Origin: Thalia democratica
Taxonomy: Eukaryota
DNA length: 64,000 bases
Direction: 5' to 3'
Assembly: GCA_965202585.1 (NCBI GenBank)
Contig: OZ241829.1
Coordinates: 15,190,001 to 15,254,000 of the forward strand
This document shows positions 63,301 through 64,000 of this stretch, one piece after another. Under the pieces are notes generated by a model that saw only the letters and a list, made by a program, of their open reading frames with translations, was not told where the DNA came from and did no database searches. The position numbers and the translations under genes were made by a program. Within the stretch, counting starts at the first letter, position 1; each line of letters starts with the position of its first letter.

Positions 63301-64000
63301 TTTTAAATCTTTTATCCAAATAAATACAAACGAAACACCAACTTACTTATTTTTTTACTTCGTTTAAAACAAAAAAAGTCTATTTAATACGTCATATTTC
63401 TGCTTCTTCCTCTGCTGGCCATCCAAACAGCTAGAACACCTTCCTCCCCTTCTTCTTAGTATGTGTAGATTTTTAATTTTAATTTTTTGTATTTTTAACT
63501 TAACTTTTACAAAAAAAAAAGGTGATTGCAGCTTGATCTTGCAAAATTGTTATAATCTTCCCTTAAAACTGCCATACAAATTATGTGATCCTACGTGGTT
63601 CTTATTCAAAAATATTTTCGTATAGAGATGCTTGACGTTTCAATACAATGTCCAACTATTCATCTGTGGCAACCCTCAAACTTCCAAACAGCTTCCTTTA
63701 TTTTAAACCCTCGTCTTGTAGCTCTTCCTGTCTTTTAGCTTTTTCTTTTAAAAATGTAATTACAATCTGAAAACACAATAACTTTCACCAGACAGTACAA
63801 ATCAGGTTATCTTTCTTCTTTCAAATTTTATCTAAAACGAGTGGAACATTGGTGGGTTTCATCAACAAACAGACAATTAGTTTCCTTATTTGAGTTTGAT
63901 AAGGCGTTGATTTTAACGGTTGGATATGATGAAATTAATTAAACCGTAAGTTTGCTAATCTTAATATCATTAAAGCGTTGAGCAAAACATTTCCCATTTG

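Noticed and set aside
1-64000. CRISPR array, rRNA, tRNA or a prokaryotic operon reading of the ORF track
   Set aside because: No regularly spaced short repeats or RNA-gene signatures were seen. GT-AG introns and eukaryotic transposons show this is eukaryotic DNA, so TTG/GTG starts in the track are not real starts.

Overview
Very AT-rich (about 25% GC by eye) eukaryotic, probably animal, genomic DNA. The repeat repertoire and Kelch type give a Hydra/hydrozoan-like impression, which I cannot verify. The window is a mosaic of decayed transposons (MULE/Mutator, hAT, Penelope-like, CR1, RTE) and local segmental duplications (1-3.6 kb vs 42.9-46.3 kb; 5.2-13.1 kb vs 50.1-64 kb). The most notable content is a ~1.07 kb endogenous fragment of a picorna-like (+ssRNA) virus RdRp (9097-10162), inserted into a repeat whose empty sites survive elsewhere in the window. 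Three other GC-richer, intronless orphan ORF islands (14.4-16.6 kb in two copies, 49.0-49.8 kb, 52.0-52.9 kb) are candidate endogenous viral elements. About 15 independent transposon, viral, orphan and host-like coding remnants all lie on the minus strand, which suggests a uni-strand piRNA-cluster-like locus archiving transposon and virus sequences. Host-like genes are mostly broken: two tandem SUMO-like-domain pseudogenes, a ubiquitin-like ORF, a frameshifted Kelch gene and a pair of spliced + strand orphan paralogs. I found no rRNA, tRNA or CRISPR array.
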